A stretch of 64,000 nt of DNA from Chiloscyllium plagiosum (taxonomy: Eukaryota): the NCBI RefSeq assembly GCF_004010195.1, contig NC_057751.1, positions 5,090,199-5,154,198 of the forward strand, written 5' to 3'. How positions within the stretch are numbered: the stretch's first letter is position 1; the number at the start of each line of letters is the position of its first letter. Both the position numbers and the translations under genes were made by a program. Under the pieces are notes generated by a model that did no database searches, had not been told where the DNA came from, and saw only the letters and a program-made list of their open reading frames with translations. Positions 39,505-52,089 of the stretch are shown one piece after another.

Positions 39505-40409
39505 GGAGAAAGTGAGGTCTGCAGATGCTGGAGATCAGAGATGGAAATGTGTTGCTGGAAAAGCACAGCAGGTCAGGCAGCATCCAGGGAACAGGAGAAT
39601 CGACGTTTCGGGCATTTGCCCTTCTTCAGGAANNNNNNNNNNNNNNNNNNNNNNNNNNNNNNNTGTCCAGTAGGCTAAGATAAAAGGTAGGGAGGAGGGA
39701 CTTGGGGGAGGGGCGTCGGAAGTGTGATAGGTGGAAAGAGGTCAAGGTGAGGGTGATAGGTCAGACTGGGGTGGGGGCGGAGAGGTCGGGAAGAAGATTG
39801 CAGGTTAGGAAGGCGGTGTTGAGTTCGATGGATTTGACTGAGACAAGGTGGGGGTAGGGGAAATGAGGAAACTGGTGAAATCCGAGTTCATCCCTTGTGG
39901 TTGGAGGGTTCCTAGGCGGAAGATGAGGCGCTCTTCCTCCAACCGTCGTGTTGTTGTGGTCTGGTGATGGAGGAGTCCAAAAACCTGCATATCCTTGTGG
40001 GCGCAAGTCTTGCACCTCCTGCGGTTGCAGGGGAAGGTGCGGGGAGTGGAGGTTGGGTTGGTGGGGGGTGTGGATCTGACGGGGGAGTCACGGAGGGAGT
40101 GGTCTTTACGGAATGCTGATAGGGGAGGGGAGGGAAATATATCCTTGGTGGTGGGGTCTGTTTGGAGGTGGCGGAAATGACGGCGGATAATGCGCTGTAC
40201 ATGGAGGTTAGTGGGGTGGTAGGTGAGGACCAGTGGGGTTCTGTCCTGGTGGCGGTTGGAGGGGCGGGGCTCAAGGGCGGAGGAGCGGGAAGTGGAAGAG
40301 ATGCGGTGGAGGGCATCGTCGACCACGTCGGGGGGGAAATTGCGGTCCATGAAGAAGGAGGCCATCTGGGATGTGCATTTTTGGAACTGGTCCTCCTGGG
40401 ACCAGATGC
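39505..40409 (-). mobile_element. 5'-truncated Penelope-like retroelement with 10-bp target-site duplication
   Basis: ORF PLVLTYHPTN...AFRKDHSLRD...PCNRRRCKTCAH...RRLEEERLIFRLGTLQPQGMN is typical of the PLE linker and GIY-YIG C-terminus; GGTACCTCGG at 39495-39504 and 40410-40419. Confidence 0.88.
39594..39632 (-). ncRNA. Minimal hammerhead ribozyme motif in the Penelope terminal repeat
   Basis: Minus strand CTGAAGA-A-GGGC-AAAT-GCCC-GAAAC-GTC-GATTCTCC. Confidence 0.65.
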
Positions 40410-42072
40410 GGTACCTCGGAGCAAGCACAAACTGTGCTCCAGGGAACACCCTTCGAAGATCATTCGGACATTTCTGGAGCAGCTTTGTGACATTTGCCGC
40501 ACCCCCTGTATATGGAAACACAATGACAGAGCAACCGTGGGATGAGGGCCATTGTGGGAACCAGTCAGTCAAATCGCTATAGTCTCTAAGGGCTTGGAGC
40601 TGGCCTCTCAGAGAGAGCAGGAGAGCGAGAGAGAGACACACACACAGACAGACTGGCCATTTCTTCAGAACTGACAGGAACAGGGTCAACTTGGAATCTC
40701 TCGCCAAGATACTCATGAAGGAGCAGTTGTGTGTTAAGCTGCCTGGACACTGTTGTGTGTAATGGAATTACACAATGCTGTGATCACATCAATATTGACA
40801 AGTGAGGGGGAGACACAGGCAGAGAGAAAGACAGAGACACACAGAGAGACAGAGCGAGAGAGAGAAGATTGATGGTGGTTTAACCCGAGGGTCAGCACAC
40901 CTCAGGCAAAGGGAAGGGTTGAGGTACAGAGTAACCACAGTCACTGTGGTTGGTCAACTACATTGGTACCATATACCAGCCAACCGAGCGAAACAATCCC
41001 CCCCCCCCTGCCCACAACCAGGAAGTAAACACATACACAAGATCCGATTTCAATCGTATTTAACAGTGAACAATTTGGGTGTAACAAGGTGATTCAAGAT
41101 TTCGCCAAAATATCCAAGTTCAGAAGATTCATTTCATTTGTCACAAGATGCGGATGTGAAAAACACTTGGAATGGGTTTTCCTGGGCCAGAAATGGAAAT
41201 CTGGGAGAACTACTGCTTTGTGAGAGAAATTCCACAGAGTGGACAGTGAAGCAGACTGCAATATCATGGTTTTTAGCTAATGTTAAGAAACATTATCAGG
41301 GAACATATTTCTGAAGTTTCGAATACTAGTTGCCCCTTGTGCTGAATCAATGCTGCTTTCAGTTTGTTTTTTAGTATAAAAGTCTGTGCAATTCCTTTAT
41401 GTTGCTCATGGGAAAGTAAAATATCTTTTTAAAACATATCAATGTATGTGGGGATTTTAACCACCTCAGTACTGAGATGGTTGACTCCCTTTCAAGTGTT
41501 GTGGCTGAATTGAAAGAAAAACATGTCAGAATTACACTGTCCTTGCAAATTCCTTACTATCGGAATGCTGCAACTGACCTTTGTTCATAGCAGGCCAGGC
41601 AAAGGTGGGCATATCAGGCAAATTTTACTGGTCCAGATTATCCTCCAGACAATCAAACAGATTGCATGTCCAATTAATTTGGGAAGGAACGTCACTTGGA
41701 GGCAGAGCCAGAAAGATGGATTTGCAGATTGGACCAATAATCAGGGCCTGGTCACTCAGGGTAGTCCAGGCTCATTGGTCAAGTAATCTGGCAATCAGGA
41801 TGGTCAGAATCTTTGCACAAGGGACAACAGTATTTGGAATTTCACACCGAGAACAGCTCAGTGATTCCTAACAACAGGCAGGCTTCATCAGCAAAGCCAG
41901 AGCAATCTGCATTTGGCACCAACGAGGATCCCAGGCACAGGGGTTTGGACGAGGGGCTGGGGTTGAAATTGTTCACCAATACAGACACATTTTACCCATG
42001 ATTCGTTGTCCATTTCTGCAGCACCGACAGGGACGGGGGTCAACCTGGAATCTCTTGCCAAGGTACCCACAG

Positions 42073-42135
42073 AATCAAACCCAGGTCCCTGGTGCTGTGA
42101 GGCAGCAATGCTAACCACTGAGCCACCGTGCCTCC
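42073..42135 (-). mobile_element. V-SINE head fragment
   Basis: Reverse complement of GGCACGGTGGCTCAGTGGTTAGC... Confidence 0.75.
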
Positions 42136-42580
42136 CATATGTACAAATTCATTGATAGGACCGGCGGGGGGGGGGGGGGGGGGGGTCACTGACAGACAAG
42201 CACTGGCTGCCTATCAATGACATTACTGTGGGACTGGTGTCAGGTGTCTGCCAGGCCAGGGAAGGATTGCAGTTTCCTTCCCCAAAGGGAACCAGGTACA
42301 GGTTTTCCAACAATGGATTAGTGGTCATCGGTTGACTCTGGATTCCAGATATTGATTGAATTGACAGTCTACCATCAAACCCAGGTCTCCAGGACATGAA
42401 CCTGGGTCTGTGGATTAAAGGCCCAGTGGTTACCCTGGTAGGCCATTGTTCCTCCGTTTTCTCAGGACAAGGCATGTCAGCTGAATCGGCACACGTTACC
42501 ATGAACCCCCAGCTACTGCTAACACTGGGTGAACTCTCCCCAAGGTGAGACACAGACCACCAGTATCACAAAAACAATGG

Positions 42581-42586
42581 TTTATT
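42581..42586 (-). terminator. PCNA: PCNA polyadenylation signal AATAAA
   Basis: TTTATT on the plus strand about 240 nt past the stop codon, followed by GT-rich sequence on the minus strand. Confidence 0.7.
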
Positions 42587-42825
42587 GGCTGTCTTTTCCC
42601 TCCATCTTACAAAAAGCCCTTTCACGTCGCACAACATATTTACATAAAATATCTACAAAACAAAACAAACTTCGGGACGGACAGGGAGAGTGGAGCCTGG
42701 AAGAGTAGAAGGTTGTAACAGAGGTGGAAGCTCAGTCTGTAGCTTGGGAGTGATCTGTGAGCAGTCTGTGTGTGCCGTGAGTCCACCTGTCCGACAGTCA
42801 GCCTGTACCACACACGCTGCAGCCT

Positions 42826-42948
<123 letters not shown>

Positions 42949-43499
42949 TCACCAGGTGGAAAGACCCAGAATAAGGTCTGTAACTCCCCTCCCCTCCACA
43001 TTCAGCATCCAGGAGGGAAGACATTCATTTCTGTGGTACCTTTCCCAGCTTCTGGAAGTGTGTGTGTCAGGAACAGTCATATTCCCCAAAGTTCAGGGAC
43101 ATCAAATCAAAAGGAGAAAACTCCCCACTCTTCCGGTTCAACAGGATCTTTCTGATCCTGCGGAGATAGGCAGAGCTGGTGTTCCTAACATCTCACTCAG
43201 AGGCAGCACCTGTGACAGTGCTGATCCCTCTCCCCAGGCACAGCGCAGGGCCTGGGGGTGGTGATGCTCAGCACAGGACTCCACCTGATCATCTTCCACC
43301 GAGTGTGCAGCGCAGCCTAACACCACTGGGAGGCAGCCAAGGCCACTCCCGTCCAGCCCACTCCCCACCATAATCCCAAACCCTTTGTCCGTAACAGACA
43401 TCACTGACAATCATTCCAGAAAGGACAGGGCTGATCTCTTTGACTGACCCCCTGCAGGACTGGGGCTGAGCACACAGCTCTGAACACTAAAACCCACAG

Positions 43500-44030
43500 G
43501 GAACAGACGTTTGGACAGCACATTGGTGAGTCCAATGAATACTGTGCCCAGCTTTACCCAGATATAGAAAGGAGATTATGAAACTGGAGAGGATTCAGCC
43601 AAGATTTACCAAAATGTTGTGTTTAAGGTATAAGGAGAGGCTCGAAGCTTGTCCACTGGACCAGAGGACGTTGAGAGGTGACCTAATAGAAACTAATAAA
43701 ATATTAAGGGGTATAGATAGGGTCGATAGTAGTTGTCTTTTTCCTCGGGTAGTTGTTTCAAGACTATGGGGGCATATGTTTCAGGCAAAAGGAGAGATTT
43801 AAAAAAGACACGAGGGACAAAGTTTTCACACATGGAATGAGGTCCCTGGGGAAGTGGTGGATGTGGGTACAATTATAATGTTTAAAGAAATATTTGGATA
43901 AATTCATGAACAGCACAGGTTTGGAGGGATGTGGACCAGGAGCAGGCAGGTGGGACCAGTTTAGTTTGGGATTATGGTCAGCACAGACGGGTTGGGCCAA
44001 AGGGTCTGTTTCGGTGCGGTCTGACTCTAC
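43500..44030 (+). mobile_element. CR1-like LINE 3' fragment in PCNA intron 5
   Basis: LERIQPRFTKM...RGDLIETNKILRGIDRV. Confidence 0.8.
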
Positions 44031-44162
44031 ACACTGGGGACATGCAGACAGGTCCCTGGAGATCAGAGTGGGAGGCTAGACACAGGGAATTAACAGCACA
44101 GCATTGAGGCGAGCACCCCACTGAGATAAACTCACAACCATGGCTCTGGCAACCCAGACTCA

Positions 44163-44444
<282 letters not shown>

Positions 44445-44599
44445 TCACCCGTTAATGACAGAGACAGGAGCACAGACAGAGCTGACCAAACCATACACTC
44501 ACTGACCCAGCCAGGCAGCAGGGGAAGATACCCCAACACTATCAGCCCTGACACAGTGACATGCACGGCTCACCCGGTCTCCCCAATGTCTATGGAGGC

Positions 44600-44762
44600 T
44601 GTCAGCTAGCTCAGTTGGCAGGATGGCTGGTTTCCAATGCAGGGTGATACCACCAGCGTGAGCTCAAATCCCACCCCTGCTGAGGTAACCACAGAGGATT
44701 CTCATTCTCCACCTCTTCACCCCTACCCCTTGGCTGAGGTACCCCTCAGGTTAAAGCAGCAG
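44600..44762 (+). mobile_element. Second tRNA-derived SINE family
   Basis: Box A-like TAGCTCAGTTGG and box B-like GAGCTCAAATCC; degenerate inverted relative at about 40870-40995. Confidence 0.55.
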
Positions 44763-44767
44763 TATGT

Positions 44768-45084
44768 GGGTGGCACAGTGGTTAGCACTGCTGCTTCACA
44801 GCGTCAGGGTCCCCAGGTTCGATTCCAGCCTCGGGCAACTGCCTGTGTGGAGTTTGCACATTCTCCCAGTGTCTGCGTGGGTTTCTTCCGGGTGCTCCAG
44901 TTTCCTCCCACACTCCAAAGACGTGCAGGTTGGGTGAACTGGCCATGCTAAATTGCCCATAGTGATAGGTGCCCATAGTGATTAGTCAGAGGGAAATGGG
45001 TCTGGGAGGGTTGCTCTTCGGAGGGTCGGTGTGGACTTGTTGGGCCGAAGGGACTGTTTCCACACTGTCGGGAATCTAATCTAA
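44768..45084 (+). mobile_element. V-SINE (HE1-like) in PCNA intron 4
   Basis: Head, V-domain, tail AATCTAATCTAA. Confidence 0.9.
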
Positions 45085-45289
45085 TTTACTTGCCCCTCTC
45101 AGACAGAGCAGCCCATGGTCAGTAGTGTTACTGGAGTGAGCAGGACCAAGCTTTGACTGCTGCTCCCTGGGGATTACCGAACACCACCATCACAACCCAG
45201 CCAGTACGACTTTGTGAAGACGCCACGAGATATGTTCACACCCAACCCAAAAGGCCCCGGGGCAGCAAGCTGCACAGACACACACATTA

Positions 45290-45730
<441 letters not shown>

Positions 45731-46069
45731 TCAGACAGGAAATCAAGGTTTATGTGGAAAGACAAGTGGACTTGAGGAATGTCAAATCAGACACGATCCT
45801 GCTTGAGGGGCCGAATGGTCTACTCCTGTTCCTATTTATTACAGTGTTAGAAAAAGACAGAACATGGACTTAGCCATCAATCACACCAAAAGATAAACAG
45901 CAATATTTCCAAAGGATTCCTTGAAATATCAAAAGACTACCTATTGTCTCACCCGCCTGGTCCGAGATGTTATTGCACAGCTCTCTAACAGGCAGGACTT
46001 GAACTAGGGTCTCCTGGCTCAGAGACAGGAATACTACCATGATGCCACACCCTGCGAGAGCAGGGATAA

Positions 46070-46345
46070 TAAATTGGGAATGGTGCAGAAGATATTTACA
46101 GGAACCTTATCGGGATCGGAGGGTTTGATTTTCAGGAGAGGATGGGACATTTTATCCCTGGAGTGTAGGAGATTGAGGAGTGACCTTCTGGGCAGTTTAT
46201 AAAACCACAAGGGTCATAGCTAAGCTGAACAACCGAGGGCTTTTCCCGAGGGTTGGGGAATTTAAAACTAGAGGGTGTAACTTTAAGGTGAGAGGATAAA
46301 GATTGAAAAGGGACCCGAGGGGCAACTTTCTCACACACACAGCGT
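46070..46345 (+). mobile_element. CR1-like LINE fragment in PCNA intron 3
   Basis: Nucleotide similarity to the other CR1 3' ends (AAAACTAGAGGG...GGCAACTTTCTCACACA). Confidence 0.7.
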
Positions 46346-46529
46346 GGTTCGAAGGGTGTGTTTCCGTGCTGTCACACCTGACAATTTGAGAAGCCAAGTA
46401 TCCTGGTGATTGCATTTTCCAGGGTCTGCCCAAAGCCACGGTAACTTTCAGCGTGAAACCACAAGCTGAGCAGGTGACAGATGGCCAACGCCATCTCCAT
46501 CCTTCCGCAATACCTTCAAACGTACTCAC

Positions 46530-46597
46530 CGGGATTCCAAGCTGCTCCACATCCAAATCCATCAGCTTCATCTCGTAATCAGAAACTTTCTCCTGGT
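46530..46597 (-). CDS. PCNA: PCNA coding exon 3
   Basis: (N)QEKVSDYEMKLMDLDVEQLGIP; 68 nt. Confidence 0.97.
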
Positions 46598-47229
46598 CTG
46601 TGAAGAGAGACATGCAGTCAGGGGAAGACACCCACGTTCAGTGCACAGAACAGCCCACACTCGGCACAGCGACACGGTGTCTGAGGCCATGCCAATATTC
46701 CTCACGGCCTGCCACTGTCACATCGGAATGGCACCCACAGCAAGCCACTTACTTGCTTCCCTTTTGGGAAGTTTATAAACAGACAGGCTCGGAGTGATGC
46801 ATACAGAGGGCTGATCCAATAGGCAGAGAGAAACAACTGTAGCTCGGAGACAGGAGGTTTTCTAAGCTCCAGACGAGACCCTGAACAGACCCGGAAACAG
46901 AATCCGAGTGAGGAAGAAGAACTCGGTGTAAATAAAGACAGCGTGTGTTGGTGTGCTGCCTCAGAGTTACAGAGCAGCCTCAGTGGGGACTTGGTCAATG
47001 ATGTTGGAAGAACACACATTGGGATGGCAGTGACTGAAGTCAGAGTGAGGAGCTCTTTCAAACAGCATGACACTCCCCACCTCCCAATCTACCTTTAGCA
47101 GCCAACCGGCCCATGGGTGCTGAGCAGTTATTGATAGGCAGCACGGGATACTTGATGCTGCTGAACCGACCAGTGCAGTTCCCATGTCAGGGACAGACTC
47201 GGAGGTGGAGGGGTTAGAGGGAGCACCTA

Positions 47230-47391
<162 letters not shown>

Positions 47392-47613
47392 TCAGCCAAC
47401 CTATCAGTGAGACACATCAACATCAACAAGGAATGCAGGGAGACAGAGAAAGAATTGATTTCCACACAGGAATCACCTTCCTATTCCACCCTGACAAAAA
47501 GCCAACCCCTGGTATAGGACATGAATTGTGTGATCTGCTCTTGAATTTCACATCTCCAGCACCCAGCACTCAGGATACCGACACCCTGCTCACTCAGGGT
47601 GGTACTGAAAGCT

Positions 47614-48665
47614 GGGACAAGGTTCCCCATGGGAGACTGGTGAGCAAGGTTAGATCTCACGGAATACAGGGAGAACTAGCCACCTGGATACAGAATTGGC
47701 TCAAAAAGTAGAAGACAGATGGTGGTGCTGGAGGGTTGTTTTTCAGATTGGAGGCCTGTGACCAGTGGAGTGCCACAAGGATCGGTGCTCAGTCCACTGC
47801 TTTTCATAATTTATATAAATGATTTGGATGTGAGCATAAGAGGTACAGTTAGTAAGTTTGCAGATGACAACAAAATTAGAGGTGTAGTGGACAGCAAAGA
47901 GGGATACCTCAGATTACAACAGGATCTTGATCAGATGGGCCATTGGGCTGAGAAGTGGTAGATGGAGTTTAATTGAGATAAATGTGAGGTGCTGCATTTT
48001 GGAAAAGCAAATCAGAGCAGGACTTATACACTTAATGGTAAGGTCCTGGGGAGTGATGCTGAACAAAGACACCTTGGAGTGTAGGTTCACAGCTCCTTGA
48101 AAGTAGAGTCGCAGGTAGATAGGAAGTGAAGGTGGTGTTTGGTGTGCTTTTCTTTATTGGTCAGAGTATTGAGTACAGGAGTTGGGAGGTCAAGTTGCAG
48201 CTGTACAGGACATTGGTTAGGCTACTGTGGGAATACTGCATTCAGTTCTGGTCTCCTTCCTATTGGAAAGATGTTGAGAAACTTGAAGGGGTTCAGAAAA
48301 GATCTACAAGGATGTAGCCAGGGTTGGAGGATTTGAGCTACAGGGAGAGGCTGGGGCTGTTTTCCCTGGAGTGTCGGAGGCTGAGGGGGTGACCTTATAG
48401 CAGGTTTGCAAAATCATGAGGGGCACGGATAGCGTATACAGGCAAGGTCTTTGCCCTGGGGTGGGAGGTAGTGCGAACGTTGTGGGCGCAGGTTTAGGGT
48501 GAGAGGGGAAAGATTTTTTTTTAAAAAGAAAAGGGTAACGTTTTCCACGCGGAATGTTTGGAAATGAGGAAGCTGGTGCAACGACACCGTTCCAAAAAGG
48601 CTCCTGGCTGGGTTTGGAGGGATATGGGCCAGGCTGAATGGTCGGCAGTGTGTGCTGTCCATGCC
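47614..48665 (+). mobile_element. CR1/HER1-like LINE (RT and 3' end) in PCNA intron 1
   Basis: DKVPHGRL, SGVPQGSVLSPLLFIIYINDLD, KFADD motifs. Confidence 0.92.
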
Positions 48666-48759
48666 CATGTGGATGGGAGGTGAGAGAGGGGGGGGATTGT
48701 ATCACTGTCTGTTGGATACAATGTATCCCCGTGTCTGCTCATCAATCAACTGGATACAG

Positions 48760-48822
48760 TTTCCCGCCAAGCCGGCCTTTGGCGCGCCGCTGACGTCACG
48801 GGCCGGGCAGCTGGCGCCCTTT
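48760..48822. promoter_or_regulatory. E2F-E2F-CRE-E2F motif cluster in PCNA intron 1
   Basis: TTTCCCGCCAA 48760-48770, TTTGGCGCGCC 48778-48788, TGACGTCA 48791-48798, CTGGCGCCCTTT 48811-48822. Confidence 0.7.
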
Positions 48823-48978
48823 TCCTGTGCACAAACACATCCAAAAGGGGCAGCAGCAGGAGGGCAATGGGCCGAAGGGGGGGGGTTACAACCCACTGCA
48901 ACTACCCCCCCACCTCCTCCAACAACAACAACAACAACCCGGCAAGCTGCAGTAGCGCCGCTCTCCCGCTCACAGTTA

Positions 48979-49326
<348 letters not shown>

Positions 49327-49359
49327 TCAGGCTGTGCAGGAAATGAGAAGGCCTGCACC

Positions 49360-49570
49360 TCTCTCACTTCCTCATATAACCTCATGCAAATCAACCCTGC
49401 CATATATGGTAACGGCGCCAAACCCTGCCCTTCCCAAGTCCCTCCTCTCCGTCATTTCAAAACAAAAAAGAAAGAAAGCCCCCTTTTTTTTTTGCATCTT
49501 TCTATGTCAATTGCAATCTCCTCCTGGAGACATACCAGACATTGCAACATGGCACTGCTGGGGCGGGTGG
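49360..49570 (-). promoter_or_regulatory. Candidate PCNA proximal promoter
   Basis: Octamer ATGCAAAT 49384-49391, CArG CCATATATGG 49400-49409, E2F TTTGGCGCC (minus) 49414-49422, TATA-like near 49374-49379, GC box near 49561. Confidence 0.6.
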
Positions 49571-49832
49571 ACGGGGCACAGTCATTTGCAAATGCTGCTG
49601 CTGCCAGGGCCAGGGGAGAACAACATGGAGATCGTTGCATTTTGGGTTAATTCGGAGGATGCATGTTGCAGCAGCAAGGTCCACGTCGCTCACGCCCGAA
49701 TAAATAATCCTGCTAACTCATTGCAATAAACGCGTGTCTTTGCAAATTTTATTTTTCTCCGAAAGGAATTTTGCTCCAATTTGTAAAAGTCTCAGTTTGT
49801 TTCCCTGTGCAAACAGAGCTGGAGGCGCTCTC

Positions 49833-50391
49833 AGCTGCGCCGCTCCGCTGCCCCCAGTGGCCGGAGGACCATTAAGGAGCCTACAGCAGCGCCGCTCCGC
49901 TGCCCCTGGCGGCCGGAGGACCATTAAGGAGCCTGCTGCAGCGCCACTCTTGCCTCTAGTGGCCGGAGGACCATTAAGGAGCCTGCTGCAGCGCTACTCT
50001 GTGCCTCTAGTGGCCGGAGGACCATTAAGGAGCCTGCTGCAGCGCTACTCTGTTGCCTCTAGTGGTCGGAGGACCATTAAGGAGCCTGCTGCAGCGCCGC
50101 TCTGCTGCCTCTAGTGGCCGGAGGACCATGAAGGAGCCTGCTGCAGTGCCACTCTGTTGTCCCTGGCGGCCGGAGGACCATTAAGGAGCCTGCTGCAGCG
50201 GCGCTCTGTTGTCCCTGGCGGCCGGAGGACCATTAAGGAGCCTGCAGCAGCGGCGCTCTGTTGTCCCTGGCGGCCGGAGGACCATTAAGGAGCCTGCAGC
50301 AGCGGCGCTCTGTTGCCTCTAGTGGCCGGAGGACCATTACGGAGCCTGCAGCAGCGGCGCTCTGTTGCCTCTAGTGGCCGGAGGACCATTA
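49833..50391. repeat. 52-bp GC-rich tandem array (11 visible copies, runs into a gap)
   Basis: GGCCGGAGGACCATTAAGGAGCCTGCAGCAGCGGCGCTCTGTTGCCTCTAGT; period 50-52 bp. Confidence 0.95.
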
Positions 50392-52089
50392 NNNNNNNNN
50401 NNNNNNNNNNNNNNNNNNNNNNNNNNNNNNNNNNNNNNNNNNNNNNNNNNNNNNNNNNNNNNNNNNNNNNNNNNNNNNNNNNNNNNNNNNNNNNNNNNNN
50501 NNNNNNNNNNNNNNNNNNNNNNNNNNNNNNNNNNNNNNNNNNNNNNNNNNNNNNNNNNNNNNNNNNNNNNNNNNNNNNNNNNNNNNNNNNNNNNNNNNNN
50601 NNNNNNNNNNNNNNNNNNNNNNNNNNNNNNNNNNNNNNNNNNNNNNNNNNNNNNNNNNNNNNNNNNNNNNNNNNNNNNNNNNNNNNNNNNNNNNNNNNNN
50701 NNNNNNNNNNNNNNNNNNNNNNNNNNNNNNNNNNNNNNNNNNNNNNNNNNNNNNNNNNNNNNNNNNNNNNNNNNNNNNNNNNNNNNNNNNNNNNNNNNNN
50801 NNNNNNNNNNNNNNNNNNNNNNNNNNNNNNNNNNNNNNNNNNNNNNNNNNNNNNNNNNNNNNNNNNNNNNNNNNNNNNNNNNNNNNNNNNNNNNNNNNNN
50901 NNNNNNNNNNNNNNNNNNNNNNNNNNNNNNNNNNNNNNNNNNNNNNNNNNNNNNNNNNNNNNNNNNNNNNNNNNNNNNNNNNNNNNNNNNNNNNNNNNNN
51001 NNNNNNNNNNNNNNNNNNNNNNNNNNNNNNNNNNNNNNNNNNNNNNNNNNNNNNNNNNNNNNNNNNNNNNNNNNNNNNNNNNNNNNNNNNNNNNNNNNNN
51101 NNNNNNNNNNNNNNNNNNNNNNNNNNNNNNNNNNNNNNNNNNNNNNNNNNNNNNNNNNNNNNNNNNNNNNNNNNNNNNNNNNNNNNNNNNNNNNNNNNNN
51201 NNNNNNNNNNNNNNNNNNNNNNNNNNNNNNNNNNNTCCCCTCTCCTGGCCCTGGCACATCATCCCCACTGTTGCCCCTTTCCTCCATTGCGCCCCATCCT
51301 CGGACACATGACCACCCCTGCCCCATCCCATTTCCAGACACACCAGGACTCGCGCACCCCGGAGACTTCAGCGACCATTCCCCAAACCATTGCCCCACAG
51401 TCCCAGACACATCACTCTCCCTGTCTGATCCGTCCTCCAAGTGGATCACCGTCAATGTAGCCCAGTCCGAGAAACTTTCTCCTTTCCTCCCAGCTTCCTC
51501 ACTCCCCCTCACGCCTACTCCCCTGCAACACCCAGACACCTCACTACCCCTGACCAGACACTCACTGAGCCCCATCCTGTTATCATCTTTTCAGACAGGT
51601 GACCCTTCTTATTACAACCCACCTTGTGTATCCTTCTCCAAGACAGATCCTCAGACACCTCCATCCCATGCTTCACCCCCCACCCCCCCTTGGAATTGGC
51701 AATGTTACATGGTATGTTGGATGCTGGTTAGAGAATCTGTGTTGTCTGCAGCTCTGGAATGGATGTGATGGAACCAGTCAGTGAATTGGAGATGTGTAGG
51801 GTTCCTGATTATGCCTGGCAGGCTTGGTATATATTTGGGGCTGGTGAGTCTTTGATCACTGGCAAACTGACAGTGAGCCGCAGTGCCAGAGGATCAAACA
51901 GAGGTGCTAAGGGTCAAGGGCTTTTTGTCCCTTCAACCCTGTCAGAGCTCAGGCCAGAGTGAAGTCTCACTCACGTTTTAACATGGGATATCTTGAAAAC
52001 TGATTCAGACACAGACATTCAGATATGGTAAAACAAACAAGTGCAGGACTAATACAAAAAAAATGGTAGAGATCAGGTTGTATTGCAGA

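Noticed and set aside
41523-41871. Possible exon in unique sequence downstream of PCNA
   Set aside because: No frame gives a recognisable protein and there is no convincing splice-site pair
49833-50391. CRISPR-like regular array
   Set aside because: Whole units repeat with no unique spacers; vertebrate context with no cas genes
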